From assembly GCA_013288135.1 (NCBI GenBank), contig JABDCL010000004.1, positions 19,949 to 83,948 on the forward strand: 64,000 bases of DNA, given 5' to 3'. Both the position numbers and the translations under genes were made by a program. Every line of letters starts with the position of its first letter. Position 1 is the first letter of the stretch. Of this stretch, positions 17,198-27,018 are shown piece by piece. The notes under the pieces were generated by a model. That model made no database searches and was not told the DNA's origin. It saw nothing but the letters and a program-made list of their open reading frames with translations. This DNA comes from Gammaproteobacteria bacterium. Its GTDB lineage: Bacteria > Pseudomonadota > Gammaproteobacteria > UBA6186 > Azoamicaceae.

Positions 17198-17797
17198 TTA
17201 TTTTCTAACAACCGTATCCCTTATATAAATGGGCAAAGCATCTTTAGCAAACACAAAATGACCTAGAACAAATTCTGCGCGCGCTATTGTGGCAATATCT
17301 CTTGCTTCAGGATAACGACTTGTTGCAATCCAATTTCCTTCTGGTAATTGAACGTCTGCTTTGGGCCCCACACGTTCTTCTGTGATCGACTGCATGATCC
17401 CCTCACTATCCACCACAAATAGCCCCCAATAAATCTCTTGCATACGGGCATCTAAACTCGCAAATACATGAGTTTGTCCCTGTTCTCGATAAACGCCCTG
17501 TGCAAGTGCCCGCAATGTTGAAACAGGAACAACAGGTTTATCACATCCAAAGCTTAAACCTTGAATGACACTGGTGGCAATTCTAATTCCAGTAAAACTC
17601 CCAGGACCTCTGCCAAAGGCAAAAACATCTAAATCCTGTAAAGTAATCCCGGCTTCTTGTAGTAATTCATCAATCATGGTCAAGATTAACTGTGTGTGTT
17701 GCTTAGGTGCCACTTGAAAACGATGAAATAGGGCATCACCTACCAATAAAGCAACTCCACACCCATCAGTGGCTGTATCAATCGCTAATAATTTCAA
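17198..17797 (-). CDS. tsaB: tRNA t6A37 biosynthesis protein TsaB (YeaZ)
   Basis: KLLAIDTATDGCGVAL and GPGSFTGIRI motifs. Start placed at TTG 17797 to give (M)KLLAIDTA. The track ORF starts at TTG 17818. Confidence 0.8.
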   Translation of the reverse strand: MKLLAIDTATDGCGVALLVGDALFHRFQVAPKQHTQLILTMIDELLQEAGITLQDLDVFAFGRGPGSFTGIRIATSVIQGLSFGCDKPVVPVSTLRALAQGVYREQGQTHVFASLDARMQEIYWGLFVVDSEGIMQSITEERVGPKADVQLPEGNWIATSRYPEARDIATIARAEFVLGHFVFAKDALPIYIRDTVVRK

Positions 17798-17816
17798 AAT
17801 CCACCCCACAAAAAGC

Positions 17817-17841
17817 AAAACCCAGCGATTAGGCTGGGTTT
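17817..17841 (-). terminator. Rho-independent terminator after the histone-like gene
   Basis: On the minus strand AAACCCAGCCTAATCGCTGGGTTT is followed by TGCTTTTTG. Confidence 0.6.
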
Positions 17842-17919
17842 ATACACCACTTAAAGCGCCGTAACCTTACTTTAAGACTTCTACGGCGCTTTTAGTGGTT
17901 GGTTTGGGCTTGCTTAAAC

Positions 17920-18321
17920 TTAAGCTGCCTTTGCCATAGCGGTTTTACGGCTAGAACGACGTGATTTACGCTTGTGAGAAGCGGCTTTAGTCACTCGTTT
18001 TTTAGCCCCACCAGCCTTAGCTTTACGGGCAGTTTTTCGTTTTTTGGTTGTCTTCTTGGCAACTGCCTTAGCAGCACCGGCTTTAGCTTTAGGCTTACGC
18101 TTACGAGCTACTGCCTTTTTGGCAACCGCCTTTTTAGCAGTCGCTTTTTTAGCTGTTACTCGCTTCTTCTTAGCAACAGATTTTTTAGCAACTACCTTTT
18201 TGGCACCCTTTTTAGCGGTAGACTTTCTGGCACCTGCTTTTTTAGCAACTGCCTTCTTAGCAACCGACGCTTTTGGCGAAGCAGACTTCGCCTTCTTTAC
18301 TCTACGTTTCGCTTTTGCCAT
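17920..18321 (-). CDS. Histone H1-like Lys/Ala-rich basic protein
   Basis: 133 aa built almost entirely of AKKAVAKKA-type repeats. The antisense ORFs in the track are low-complexity mirror artefacts. Confidence 0.7.
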   Translation of the reverse strand: MAKAKRRVKKAKSASPKASVAKKAVAKKAGARKSTAKKGAKKVVAKKSVAKKKRVTAKKATAKKAVAKKAVARKRKPKAKAGAAKAVAKKTTKKRKTARKAKAGGAKKRVTKAASHKRKSRRSSRKTAMAKAA

Positions 18322-18380
18322 GCTTGATCTCCTATGGCTTACAAATTAACGGACAATACAAACATAGCACAAATCTTGTT

Positions 18381-19418
18381 CTAGTACATACTACATTGTA
18401 AATATTTTTTTAAAATATTACTTAAAGCATCCACATGTAGAGGGGTATCATTCAATGCTGGGATAACTCTAAATTGTTTTCCACCCGCTTTTATAAACCG
18501 GTTAAAATTCAATTTCCCTAATTCTTCCAGGGTTTCTAAACAATCGACTGCAAATCCAGGGCTCACAATATCAACCGAATGAAACCCTTTATGAGCCAAT
18601 GAAATTAATATTTCATCGGTATAAGGCTGAACCCATGTATTCCATCCAAAGCGGGATTGAAAACTAACGCTCCAATTATTTTCCGGCATTTTCAATAAGT
18701 TAGCAACTTGCAATGCTGTTTTTCGACATTGCTCTGGGTAAGTATCACCTAAATCTTCATTGCGTTTTGGAATGCCATGAAAAGAAAATAATAAATATTC
18801 TGAGCGCCCATTTTCTTTCCAATAAGAAGAAATATGAAGGACTAATGCTTGTATATAATAAGCCTCTAAACCATATTCACGAATAAAATAAACAGAAGGA
18901 ATTTGTCGACTCTTTGATAATGCACGTGCAAGTGCATCATAGGCTGCCGCAGTCGTCGTAGATGAATATTGAGGAAACAAAGGCAACACAACTAAGTGTT
19001 GTATCTGTAAATGAATAATCGTTTCAATGGCTTTTAAATAGCTTGGAGTACCGTAGGTCATGGCTGGTAAAACAGGAATAGTTACCCCTAATTTTATTGA
19101 TAAGTGATCACTTAATCGTTTCGCTAATGACACTGTATAAGTTCTAAGAGGAGATCCATTTTCTGTCCATATTTGTTGATACAGTTTAGTCAATTTAAGG
19201 GGCCTAAAAGGTAAAATAAAACCATATAAAATAAACCCCCAAATAACCCTTGGAATTTCAACAACCCGTTTATCCCACAAAAAAGTTTTAAGGTACTGAC
19301 GAACACCCCCAATGGTAGGAGACTCTGGGGTTCCCAAATTGACAATTAAAATAGCCGTGGTCGTTGTAGAGGGGGGATGTAGGGATCCGCTTTCCCGATT
19401 TTTTTCAGGAATCATCAT
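18381..19418 (-). CDS. hemH: Ferrochelatase
   Basis: ILIVNLGTP, LPLFPQYS and SFQSRFG..W..PYT motifs. Confidence 0.85.
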   Translation of the reverse strand: MMIPEKNRESGSLHPPSTTTTAILIVNLGTPESPTIGGVRQYLKTFLWDKRVVEIPRVIWGFILYGFILPFRPLKLTKLYQQIWTENGSPLRTYTVSLAKRLSDHLSIKLGVTIPVLPAMTYGTPSYLKAIETIIHLQIQHLVVLPLFPQYSSTTTAAAYDALARALSKSRQIPSVYFIREYGLEAYYIQALVLHISSYWKENGRSEYLLFSFHGIPKRNEDLGDTYPEQCRKTALQVANLLKMPENNWSVSFQSRFGWNTWVQPYTDEILISLAHKGFHSVDIVSPGFAVDCLETLEELGKLNFNRFIKAGGKQFRVIPALNDTPLHVDALSNILKKYLQCSMY

Positions 19419-19783
19419 TTTTTAGAATCTTGATCTTCAACAACTTTACGAACTTCTGTTAGGTCAAGCGCTTTGGCCTCTTGAATAATTTTTTCAAGTG
19501 CGGTCTGTGTTAAAGCCCCCGATTCAGCGAAGACTGCGATATTTCTTCGAAATACCATGAGTCTTGGAATCGAGCGAACCTGAAAATCTTCTGCCAATTC
19601 TGTTTCTTCTTCAATGTCAACTCTAGCAAATACAATATCAGCATGCTTTTCTGAAGCCGCTTCATAAATTTTCTCAAATGCCCGACAAGGCCCACACCAT
19701 TCGGCCCCAAAATCCACCAATACCATATCATGGGTATTAATAGTATTATCAAAATTATCCTTGGTTAATATGACGATCGCCAT
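19415..19783 (-). CDS. Thioredoxin
   Basis: WCGPC active site in VLVDFGAEWCGPCRAF. Confidence 0.85.
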   Translation of the reverse strand: MAIVILTKDNFDNTINTHDMVLVDFGAEWCGPCRAFEKIYEAASEKHADIVFARVDIEEETELAEDFQVRSIPRLMVFRRNIAVFAESGALTQTALEKIIQEAKALDLTEVRKVVEDQDSKK

Positions 19784-20435
19784 CTCGTTTCTCCATCACT
19801 GAACCCAATTTTTGCATGATTTGATCACAAATAGAATTCACCGCCCCCTCACCCTCCACTTGAATGTATTTATTAGGGGACCGCTTTTGATACCAAGCAA
19901 TCAGGGGTTCAGTTTGTTGATGATAAACCTGTAAACGCATACGAACTGTTTCTTCTTTATCATCCTCACGCTGAATTAAGGGCTCCTGTGTTATATCATC
20001 TATCTCTGGATTTTTAGGTGGTTGGTATATTATATGGTATGTTCGACCTGATTGGGGATGTATTCTTCGACCTGACAATCGCTTAATAATGTCTTCATCC
20101 GAAATATAGATTTCAATAATAGCATCAATTAAAATTCCATTCGTTTCAAGTAATTCTGCTTGGGAAATTGTTCTTGGATATCCATCTAAAAGGAAACCTT
20201 TCTTACAATCAGGAAGTTTAAGACGCGCCATCAATAAAGAATTTACAATTTCCTCTGGGACTAATTTCCCCTCTGCCATAATGCCTTGTACTTTTTGACC
20301 TATAGGTGTACGTGCAGCAATTTCAACTCTCAACATGTCTCCCGTTGAGATTTTAGGGATCCCAAATTGCTTACATATAAATTCAGCTTGAGTACCTTTA
20401 CCAGCCCCTGGTGCACCCAATAAAATAAGCTGCAT
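19755..20435 (-). CDS. adk: Adenylate kinase
   Basis: MQLILLGAPGAGKGTQA P-loop. ATG at 20435 has GGGAG upstream. The track ORF starts 15 nt earlier. Confidence 0.9.
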   Translation of the reverse strand: MQLILLGAPGAGKGTQAEFICKQFGIPKISTGDMLRVEIAARTPIGQKVQGIMAEGKLVPEEIVNSLLMARLKLPDCKKGFLLDGYPRTISQAELLETNGILIDAIIEIYISDEDIIKRLSGRRIHPQSGRTYHIIYQPPKNPEIDDITQEPLIQREDDKEETVRMRLQVYHQQTEPLIAWYQKRSPNKYIQVEGEGAVNSICDQIMQKLGSVMEKRDGDRHINQG

Positions 20436-20477
20436 GCTAATTACTCCCACTTATCTTTCGCCACAAGCCTTAGTATA

Positions 20478-20981
20478 TCAATTTGAAAGACTAACAGCTA
20501 CAGAATGAATAGCACTAGCATCTGCAAAGGGACAATAGAAAGCACCACTGCTTAAGAATAAGAAATCATCCGTGGATATTTGTACAAGAGAGGTATGACA
20601 CCCCGATTCAAAATAAACAGAATTTAATTGGTAAAGACTTTTATCCAGTACCCAATCTAAATGATAAATTTCTCCAATCGGGGGATGGGAACCCGGCTCA
20701 CAATCAGGAAACAATCTATCGATTTCATGTCGAGAAACTAATTGAAGTGGGCGATGTAATTGTCTTTTAAGTTTAAAAGCATCTATTTTTGCCGATAGGG
20801 GTAAAACTGCCATAACATACCCATTTCCATCCCATAAAACGGATGCTTTTATCATTTGATTTCTATCTATGCCTGTGGCTCTCGCCGCTTCTTCTAATGA
20901 AGTGGTGCGATCATGATGAAGTACCCGATATTGAACCCTATGTTTATGTAAAAACTTTTTAAGCGTAGCTGCTAATGTCAT
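20478..20981 (-). CDS. YbaK/aminoacyl-tRNA-deacylase-like domain protein
   Basis: 167 aa whose N-terminal half resembles the YbaK/ProRS-associated domain (HHDRTTSLEEAA...KASVL...). Confidence 0.5.
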   Translation of the reverse strand: MTLAATLKKFLHKHRVQYRVLHHDRTTSLEEAARATGIDRNQMIKASVLWDGNGYVMAVLPLSAKIDAFKLKRQLHRPLQLVSRHEIDRLFPDCEPGSHPPIGEIYHLDWVLDKSLYQLNSVYFESGCHTSLVQISTDDFLFLSSGAFYCPFADASAIHSVAVSLSN

Positions 20982-21173
20982 AAATCCATTTCCATTATAC
21001 CTTTATAAAACAAATCCTTCTCTTAAAACCTCTAACACAACTTATGCACTTTTTCAAATTTTCAACAAAAAAAAGCAAACCACCTAACAATAATCCTTAT
21101 GACTTTTCTTATGACAATTCTTATTTTTAAATCATGCTACATTAATGCTATATTAAAATAAGGAGGAGAATGC

Positions 21174-21899
21174 ATGGACAAATCAATATCCGATCACCGT
21201 CCCATAGCCCCCACAGTTAATGATTCTCTGTTGACTCGAGAATCGTGGAAAATCTTTCAAATCATGGCCGAATTTGTGGAAGGATTTGAACGCTTAGTTC
21301 ATATCAAACCATCTGTCAGTATTTTTGGATCAGCCCGAGCTCATCCAAACAGTCCCGATTATCTGATGGCAATTGAAATTGGAGAAAAACTTTCTAATGC
21401 AGGATTTTCTATTGTGACTGGGGGCGGGCCCGGCATTATGGAGGGAGCCAACAAAGGGGCCTATCGCGGCAGTTCTTCCAGTGTCGGCTTAAATATTGTG
21501 CTCCCTCAACATGAGGGCGTTAATGATTATCAAGATATTTCTTTACGGTTTAGACACTTTTTTACTCGAAAAGTCATGTTTGTTAAATATGCTGCTGCCT
21601 ATGTTATTTTACCCGGCGGCTTTGGTACTTTAGATGAATTTGCAGAAGTTCTTGCACTGATTCAAACCGGTAAAACTCGTAGGATCCCAGTCATTCTGGT
21701 CAGGGAACCTTTTTGGCGCGATCTCATTCGCTGGTTTAAAAATACCCTTATCCCTGAAGACAAAATTGATGCAACCAATTTTAATTTGTTTCAACTCGTT
21801 AATACTTCTGATGAAGTGGTTGCTGCTGTAAAGGCGTTCTACAAAGACCGACCCGCTGAGCCATCCGCTGCTGAAGCTGAGAAAATTTCGGAGCTTTGA
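21174..21899 (+). CDS. LOG/TIGR00730 family protein (nucleotide phosphoribohydrolase)
   Basis: TGGGPGIMEGANKGA and PGGFGTLDE motifs. Confidence 0.8.
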   Translation: MDKSISDHRPIAPTVNDSLLTRESWKIFQIMAEFVEGFERLVHIKPSVSIFGSARAHPNSPDYLMAIEIGEKLSNAGFSIVTGGGPGIMEGANKGAYRGSSSSVGLNIVLPQHEGVNDYQDISLRFRHFFTRKVMFVKYAAAYVILPGGFGTLDEFAEVLALIQTGKTRRIPVILVREPFWRDLIRWFKNTLIPEDKIDATNFNLFQLVNTSDEVVAAVKAFYKDRPAEPSAAEAEKISEL

Positions 21900-21910
21900 T
21901 GGTAGGCCAT

Positions 21911-23475
21911 GGTGTCTGACACCAATGGCACTAAGATAAGAAATAGTCGTTTAATTTAATCACTATCATTAAGCTGCCTTTTTGTGATAAAAGTGACGCG
22001 GTTTCGTCAAAAGTGGGGTTGGTTTTGGCCTACGTTTAACACGCCTCGGTTCTTGTCGGCCAGGTCTGTTGCCAATCCGTTTACTTGCAACTGCCTTTAA
22101 AAGTTGGAAATAGTGTTCTTTATTTTTTTCATTAAGCAATCCTTTGTCTCTAAATGATCTTACTGATTGTAATGCATTCTTAAAACTTAATTCTCTAGGT
22201 TTTTTCTCATAAACTACTGCAGCTTGTGCCATTATTTTTCTAATTAGGTTGTAAGCTAAAAGACGAGCCCAAATTTCTTTTCGCACCATCTCTGGCGTTT
22301 TCCCTCTGAGTACTCCCATATTCATGGTATCCTTGATGGTTCTCAAGTCAAGTTCAACTAACCAACGGTATCCGTACAATTCTGATAAATCTTCTTTTGT
22401 AACAGACCTACTATTTAAGAATGTTGTTACCATAATTCGTTTTGTCGTTCTAAATCCTTTTTGAGAATTTTCAATCAAAACTTCTCGCATTTCTATTTCT
22501 TCAGGAAAACCATCGTATGTTTCTTGATCCATCCATTCCGGTTTTTTTGATTTCTTCCATTGAACAATATGATCTCTTTTTCCTAATGATTTCCCTTTTC
22601 GAAAATCAGTTCGACGGGTACCGTGTTGTGGAAAAACAACATCAATACCCATTTGTATTAGCGTTACCACAAGGAAAAATGAACAATAATATCTGTCAGC
22701 AACTACAATGTCACCAGCCTTCAAAGTTTGAAAAATTTGTCTTAGTAAAGCATGCTCTCCTGTTTCTTTGCCTGAATACGGTCCAATTGATACGTTCTTA
22801 ATCATTCCTGTTGCTAAGGAAATGATTGCCACAATATTTGCTATTGGAAATCCCAGTCCCGGTTTTTGTCCCCTTATTTGAGGGTATATATTTTGATTTT
22901 CGGGGGTATCTTCCATTGAAACGCTTGAGCCATCTACTAATTGAACAGTTCTATTTCTCCATTTCCATTCTGAGGGGGCAGCTTGTTCAAGTTGCTCTGC
23001 GCTTGTTCGTGTCAGATTAGAAAGTATATCTTCAGGTAATCGTGTTCTTGCTTGACTATAAGCAGATGTATTGCTAGATGGAACAGGAAGATTTTTTGAA
23101 GTATTGAACGCGATTACACGATCAACGGCAGCTTGTAATGACTGATCTGCATCGATGGTCTGCGATAAAAGAGCCCATAATGTAATATCCGGAGCATAAG
23201 TGCGAACTCGATACTCCAGAACCACAATAACCTCATTGATTACTTGTTTGGAAAGTATCTCACTAAAAGGAAGGCCCTTAGAAGATTGTAAACTAGATAA
23301 AATTGATTTTGGATGATTAAGATTCAAATTTGTGCTATTAATAGTACCCATCAGTGCCTCCTTGCTATGTTTAATTTCTTGGTGGAAATCAAACATACCG
23401 CAAGGAGAGCCACTGTTCAACTAATTGATATTAAACATACTATTTCTTATCTTAGTGCCATTGGTGTCTGACACC
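21911..23475 (-). mobile_element. IS4-family insertion sequence
   Basis: Ends are GGTGTCTGACACCAATGGCACTAAGATAAGAAATAG (21911..21946) and its inverted copy (23440..23475), 35/36 matching. Alternative reading: 23-bp perfect IRs with a 13-bp direct repeat GGTGTCTGACACC. Confidence 0.85.
21969..23420 (-). CDS. IS4-family DDE transposase
   Basis: YGYRWLVELDLRTIK matches the Y-(2)-R-(3)-E-(6)-K signature exactly. The ORF is flanked by the inverted repeats. Confidence 0.85.
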   Translation of the reverse strand: MNSGSPCGMFDFHQEIKHSKEALMGTINSTNLNLNHPKSILSSLQSSKGLPFSEILSKQVINEVIVVLEYRVRTYAPDITLWALLSQTIDADQSLQAAVDRVIAFNTSKNLPVPSSNTSAYSQARTRLPEDILSNLTRTSAEQLEQAAPSEWKWRNRTVQLVDGSSVSMEDTPENQNIYPQIRGQKPGLGFPIANIVAIISLATGMIKNVSIGPYSGKETGEHALLRQIFQTLKAGDIVVADRYYCSFFLVVTLIQMGIDVVFPQHGTRRTDFRKGKSLGKRDHIVQWKKSKKPEWMDQETYDGFPEEIEMREVLIENSQKGFRTTKRIMVTTFLNSRSVTKEDLSELYGYRWLVELDLRTIKDTMNMGVLRGKTPEMVRKEIWARLLAYNLIRKIMAQAAVVYEKKPRELSFKNALQSVRSFRDKGLLNEKNKEHYFQLLKAVASKRIGNRPGRQEPRRVKRRPKPTPLLTKPRHFYHKKAA

Positions 23476-23483
23476 GTGTCATT

Positions 23484-25655
23484 CTAATCAACCCGCTTTA
23501 TTTCAATAATATTAGGCAATTGTTGGATCTTTGAAAATATTTTACCCAATATCTCAATTCCAGAAACTTCTATCTTTAAACGAAAATCTGCCGTATTTTC
23601 CTTTTTACTGGTTATGGTATTTACGGCAACAACATTGACGTGTTCATTCGCTAAAACAAAACTGATATCTCGTAATAAACCTTGCCTATCAAAAGCATGG
23701 ATTGCAACTTCCACCGTATACTGATTCTGAAGCTTCCCTTTACCACCCCACTCTACTTCAATTAAACGATTTTGATTCCTTTCACCCGCTTCCAGAACGT
23801 TTGCACATTCTTTTCTATGAACGGATACTCCCCGCCCAACCGTAATATAACCAATGATTTCATCGCCTGGTACAGGTTTGCAACATCGTGCCATTTGGCA
23901 TAACAAATTGCCAACACCCGCAACCCGTATATCCACCTCTGATGCTTTTTTTTCTTTGGCAGCAGCTTTAACGGGAGGTATTTTCTTTAATATGGGAGGA
24001 GCCAATACCTGAACAGCATGTAAAATCTGAGCAACCCGAATATCCCCGCCCCCTAAAGCGCTTAACATATCATCTACCTTAGGAAATTTTAATTGATGGG
24101 CTAAGGCTTCAAAATTGAGATTTCTAACGCCCAATCGTTTCAATTCCCGATCAAGAGCATCTCGACCTTCGGAAATATTTTGATCTTTATCTTGTCGTTT
24201 AAACCACTGATGTGCTTTAGCTCGAGCTCGTGCCGTTTTTAAATATCCCAATTGTGGGTTTAACCAATCTCGACTGGGTCCTCCAGCTTTAGCAGTTAAA
24301 ACTTCAATTTGATCTCCACTTTTAAGCGGTTTGGTCAAAGGCACAATTTTGCCATTAATTTTTACACCACGACATCGGTTGCCAATTTCCGTATGTACAT
24401 GATAAGCAAAATCTAACGCCGTCGCTCCTTCTGGAAGATCAATCACTTTTCCTTTCGGTGTTAAAACATAAACTCGATCGCGAAATACTTCCGCATGTAG
24501 CATTGCATCACTTTCTTTATCGCCTTTTTCGGTAGCAAACGCTTCCTGCCATTTCAAAATTTGTCGCAAATTGGCTAATTTTGCCTCATAACCTAGATCA
24601 GGACTGCCGCCTTCTTTATAACGCCAATGCGAGGCGACCCCTAATTCAGCTTGCGCATGCATTTCATGTGTCCTCACTTGCACTTCCAAGGCCCGACCTT
24701 CAGGTCCCACCACTGCAGTATGTAGTGAACGATACCCATTATCTTTAGGATTTGCGATATAATCATCAAATTCTTTGGGAATGGGCTGCCAAATAGAATG
24801 TATCGCACCTAAAGTCGCATAACATTCATGAATATTAGACACTAAGATACGAATGCCACGAACATCGTAAATCTCATTATATCCAACTCCTTTACGTTGC
24901 ATTTTTTTCCAAATACTATAAATGTGCTTTGCACGTCCTGAAATTTCAGGTTCTATTCCTTGAGGCTGTAAGGCTTTTTCTACCTGCAGAATAACACGAT
25001 TAATATAATCTTCTCTGTCAGTTCGCCGCTCATCCAATAATTTTGCAATATGTTTATAAGTAATAGGTTCTAAAAAACGAAACGCTAAATCTTCTAATTC
25101 CCATTTAAGTTGCCCTATCCCTAAACGATTTGCTAATGGCGCATAAATGTCTAAGCTTTCTTGCGCAAGTTGGCGACGGAATTTCTCATGACCATTCACT
25201 AGAGCATGCATCTCACAGGTATGCTCTGCCAAACGAATTAAAACGACTCTGACATCTTCAACCACAGCCAACAACATGCGTCGTAAATTTTCAGATTGTG
25301 TAATTTTCTGAGTAGGCAAAGAGTGCAATTTTTGCAGGCCAGCAACCAAAGAGACTACTTCTTGACCAAGAGATCGCTCAATGTCGTTCAAAATAGGTTT
25401 TTCACGAGTAGGACTATTGTTATTATATGCATGGTTATACGCAATCGCTGCTGCTACCGTAGCAGCATCTAAACCTAAATCATGCAGAATTTCAGCCATT
25501 TCTAGCCCGCGATCCAAATACTCTTTCGCGAATTCACAAGCTTTACGAATTAATTGAATTTGTTCTTGAGATCGATTGTCTGCAACTCGTTTTATCCAAC
25601 GATCAATATCCACTGTACCATCGGCTAACAAAGGACGTGGTTGACGAAGTTTCAT
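23484..25655 (-). CDS. relA: GTP pyrophosphokinase, (p)ppGpp synthetase I
   Basis: RelA/SpoT architecture (synthetase, TGS and ACT regions). The N-terminal HD motif is not evident. Lies downstream of rlmD as in E. coli. Confidence 0.8.
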   Translation of the reverse strand: MKLRQPRPLLADGTVDIDRWIKRVADNRSQEQIQLIRKACEFAKEYLDRGLEMAEILHDLGLDAATVAAAIAYNHAYNNNSPTREKPILNDIERSLGQEVVSLVAGLQKLHSLPTQKITQSENLRRMLLAVVEDVRVVLIRLAEHTCEMHALVNGHEKFRRQLAQESLDIYAPLANRLGIGQLKWELEDLAFRFLEPITYKHIAKLLDERRTDREDYINRVILQVEKALQPQGIEPEISGRAKHIYSIWKKMQRKGVGYNEIYDVRGIRILVSNIHECYATLGAIHSIWQPIPKEFDDYIANPKDNGYRSLHTAVVGPEGRALEVQVRTHEMHAQAELGVASHWRYKEGGSPDLGYEAKLANLRQILKWQEAFATEKGDKESDAMLHAEVFRDRVYVLTPKGKVIDLPEGATALDFAYHVHTEIGNRCRGVKINGKIVPLTKPLKSGDQIEVLTAKAGGPSRDWLNPQLGYLKTARARAKAHQWFKRQDKDQNISEGRDALDRELKRLGVRNLNFEALAHQLKFPKVDDMLSALGGGDIRVAQILHAVQVLAPPILKKIPPVKAAAKEKKASEVDIRVAGVGNLLCQMARCCKPVPGDEIIGYITVGRGVSVHRKECANVLEAGERNQNRLIEVEWGGKGKLQNQYTVEVAIHAFDRQGLLRDISFVLANEHVNVVAVNTITSKKENTADFRLKIEVSGIEILGKIFSKIQQLPNIIEIKRVD

Positions 25656-25656
25656 C

Positions 25657-27018
25657 TTATGGTTTCACCAATAAAGCAATAGATTCTACATGTGTTGTAT
25701 GAGGAAACATATCCATAACTCCCACTGAAACCAGTCGAAACTTATGTTTTTGTACCAGTTCACCTACATCACGTGCTAAAGTTGCTGGATTACAAGAAAC
25801 ATAAACCACCCGAGTGACCCCCAATTTAGGGATTAGTCCCATTATAGGAAATGCTCCCGTACGAGGAGGATCTAACAATACTGAATCATAGCACTCTTTT
25901 GCCCAGTGTGACTGATGGGTACTCGACTGTAAAATATCCGATTGTAAATCAGAGGCATAAAATTTAACATTGTTTATCCGATTATGTAAGGCATTTTCTT
26001 CTGCTCGACGAACAAGTTCAGAGCTCCCTTCAACACCCACCACCTGGTGAGCAAACTTTGCCAATGGCAAAGTAAAATTTCCTATCCCACAGAACAAATC
26101 GAGAACCCGATCCGTATCTTTAGGTTGAAGCAGTGAAAGAGCTCTTTCAACCATACTCTGATTGATGTCAGCGTGAACTTGCGTAAAATCAGCGGGATGA
26201 AACAGGAATCGTAGATCAAAATTTTTCAATTTATAGGTCAAATAATTTAGGGTATTAGGCCACAGCGGGCAAATTGTTTCTGGTCCACCACTTTGTAAAT
26301 AGAGATGAAAACCGGTGTGTTTTGCAAATTCTACTAAACTTTTTTTATCACCCTCACACAAGGGTTCTAAATGACGAAATATCAAAGCAACATCTTTATC
26401 CCCTGCGGCAACTTCAATTTGAGGAATAACACGATAAGCTTCCAGATTAGAAATGAGTGTTGTGATTTCTGGTAACCGATCCCCAATGCGCGGATGTAAT
26501 ATTTCGCACTTTTTTAGATCAAGAATAAAATGGCTTTGTTTCTCTCTAAAACCAACCAACACTTTTTCTTTTTTGACAACATAACGCACACCTAAGCGGG
26601 CTTTACGGCGATATCCCCAAACAGGGCCAATGAGAGGATCCAATACTGTTTCAGGTTCCACACCTCCAAAATGACGTAATTGCTCTAATAATACTGCTTG
26701 CTTATGCAATATTTGCGCGCTCGATTCCATGTGTTGGAGTGTACACCCACCACAGAGATCAAAGTGCTGACATTTTGGCTCTACGCGATCAGGCGAAGGA
26801 TTAATGACATGAACCACTCGTCCTTCATCAAATTTTTTGCGTCTTTTTTGATAAACAAAGGACACCTCTTCGCCAGGTAATCCCCCTTCCAAAAATACCG
26901 TTTTCCCATTAACTTCTGCAATCCCTCGCCCCTCATGAGAAAGCGCATGAATCGTTCCCTTAGCCCCTTTTTGTAAAGTTATACCATTTTGTGGAGCAAT
27001 AGCAGTATCATCATCCAT
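25657..27018 (-). CDS. rlmD: 23S rRNA (uracil1939-C5)-methyltransferase
   Basis: TRAM domain, Cys cluster (CQHFDLCGGC), SAM motif DLFCGIGNF, catalytic VSCNP. Confidence 0.85.
   Translation of the reverse strand: MDDDTAIAPQNGITLQKGAKGTIHALSHEGRGIAEVNGKTVFLEGGLPGEEVSFVYQKRRKKFDEGRVVHVINPSPDRVEPKCQHFDLCGGCTLQHMESSAQILHKQAVLLEQLRHFGGVEPETVLDPLIGPVWGYRRKARLGVRYVVKKEKVLVGFREKQSHFILDLKKCEILHPRIGDRLPEITTLISNLEAYRVIPQIEVAAGDKDVALIFRHLEPLCEGDKKSLVEFAKHTGFHLYLQSGGPETICPLWPNTLNYLTYKLKNFDLRFLFHPADFTQVHADINQSMVERALSLLQPKDTDRVLDLFCGIGNFTLPLAKFAHQVVGVEGSSELVRRAEENALHNRINNVKFYASDLQSDILQSSTHQSHWAKECYDSVLLDPPRTGAFPIMGLIPKLGVTRVVYVSCNPATLARDVGELVQKHKFRLVSVGVMDMFPHTTHVESIALLVKP

Noticed and set aside
17974-18349. 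Plus-strand ORFs 17974..18327 and 18044..18349 overlapping the histone-like gene
   Set aside because: They are antisense readings of a Lys/Ala codon repeat, giving low-complexity L/F/S-rich products. The minus-strand gene has the coherent product and a terminator.
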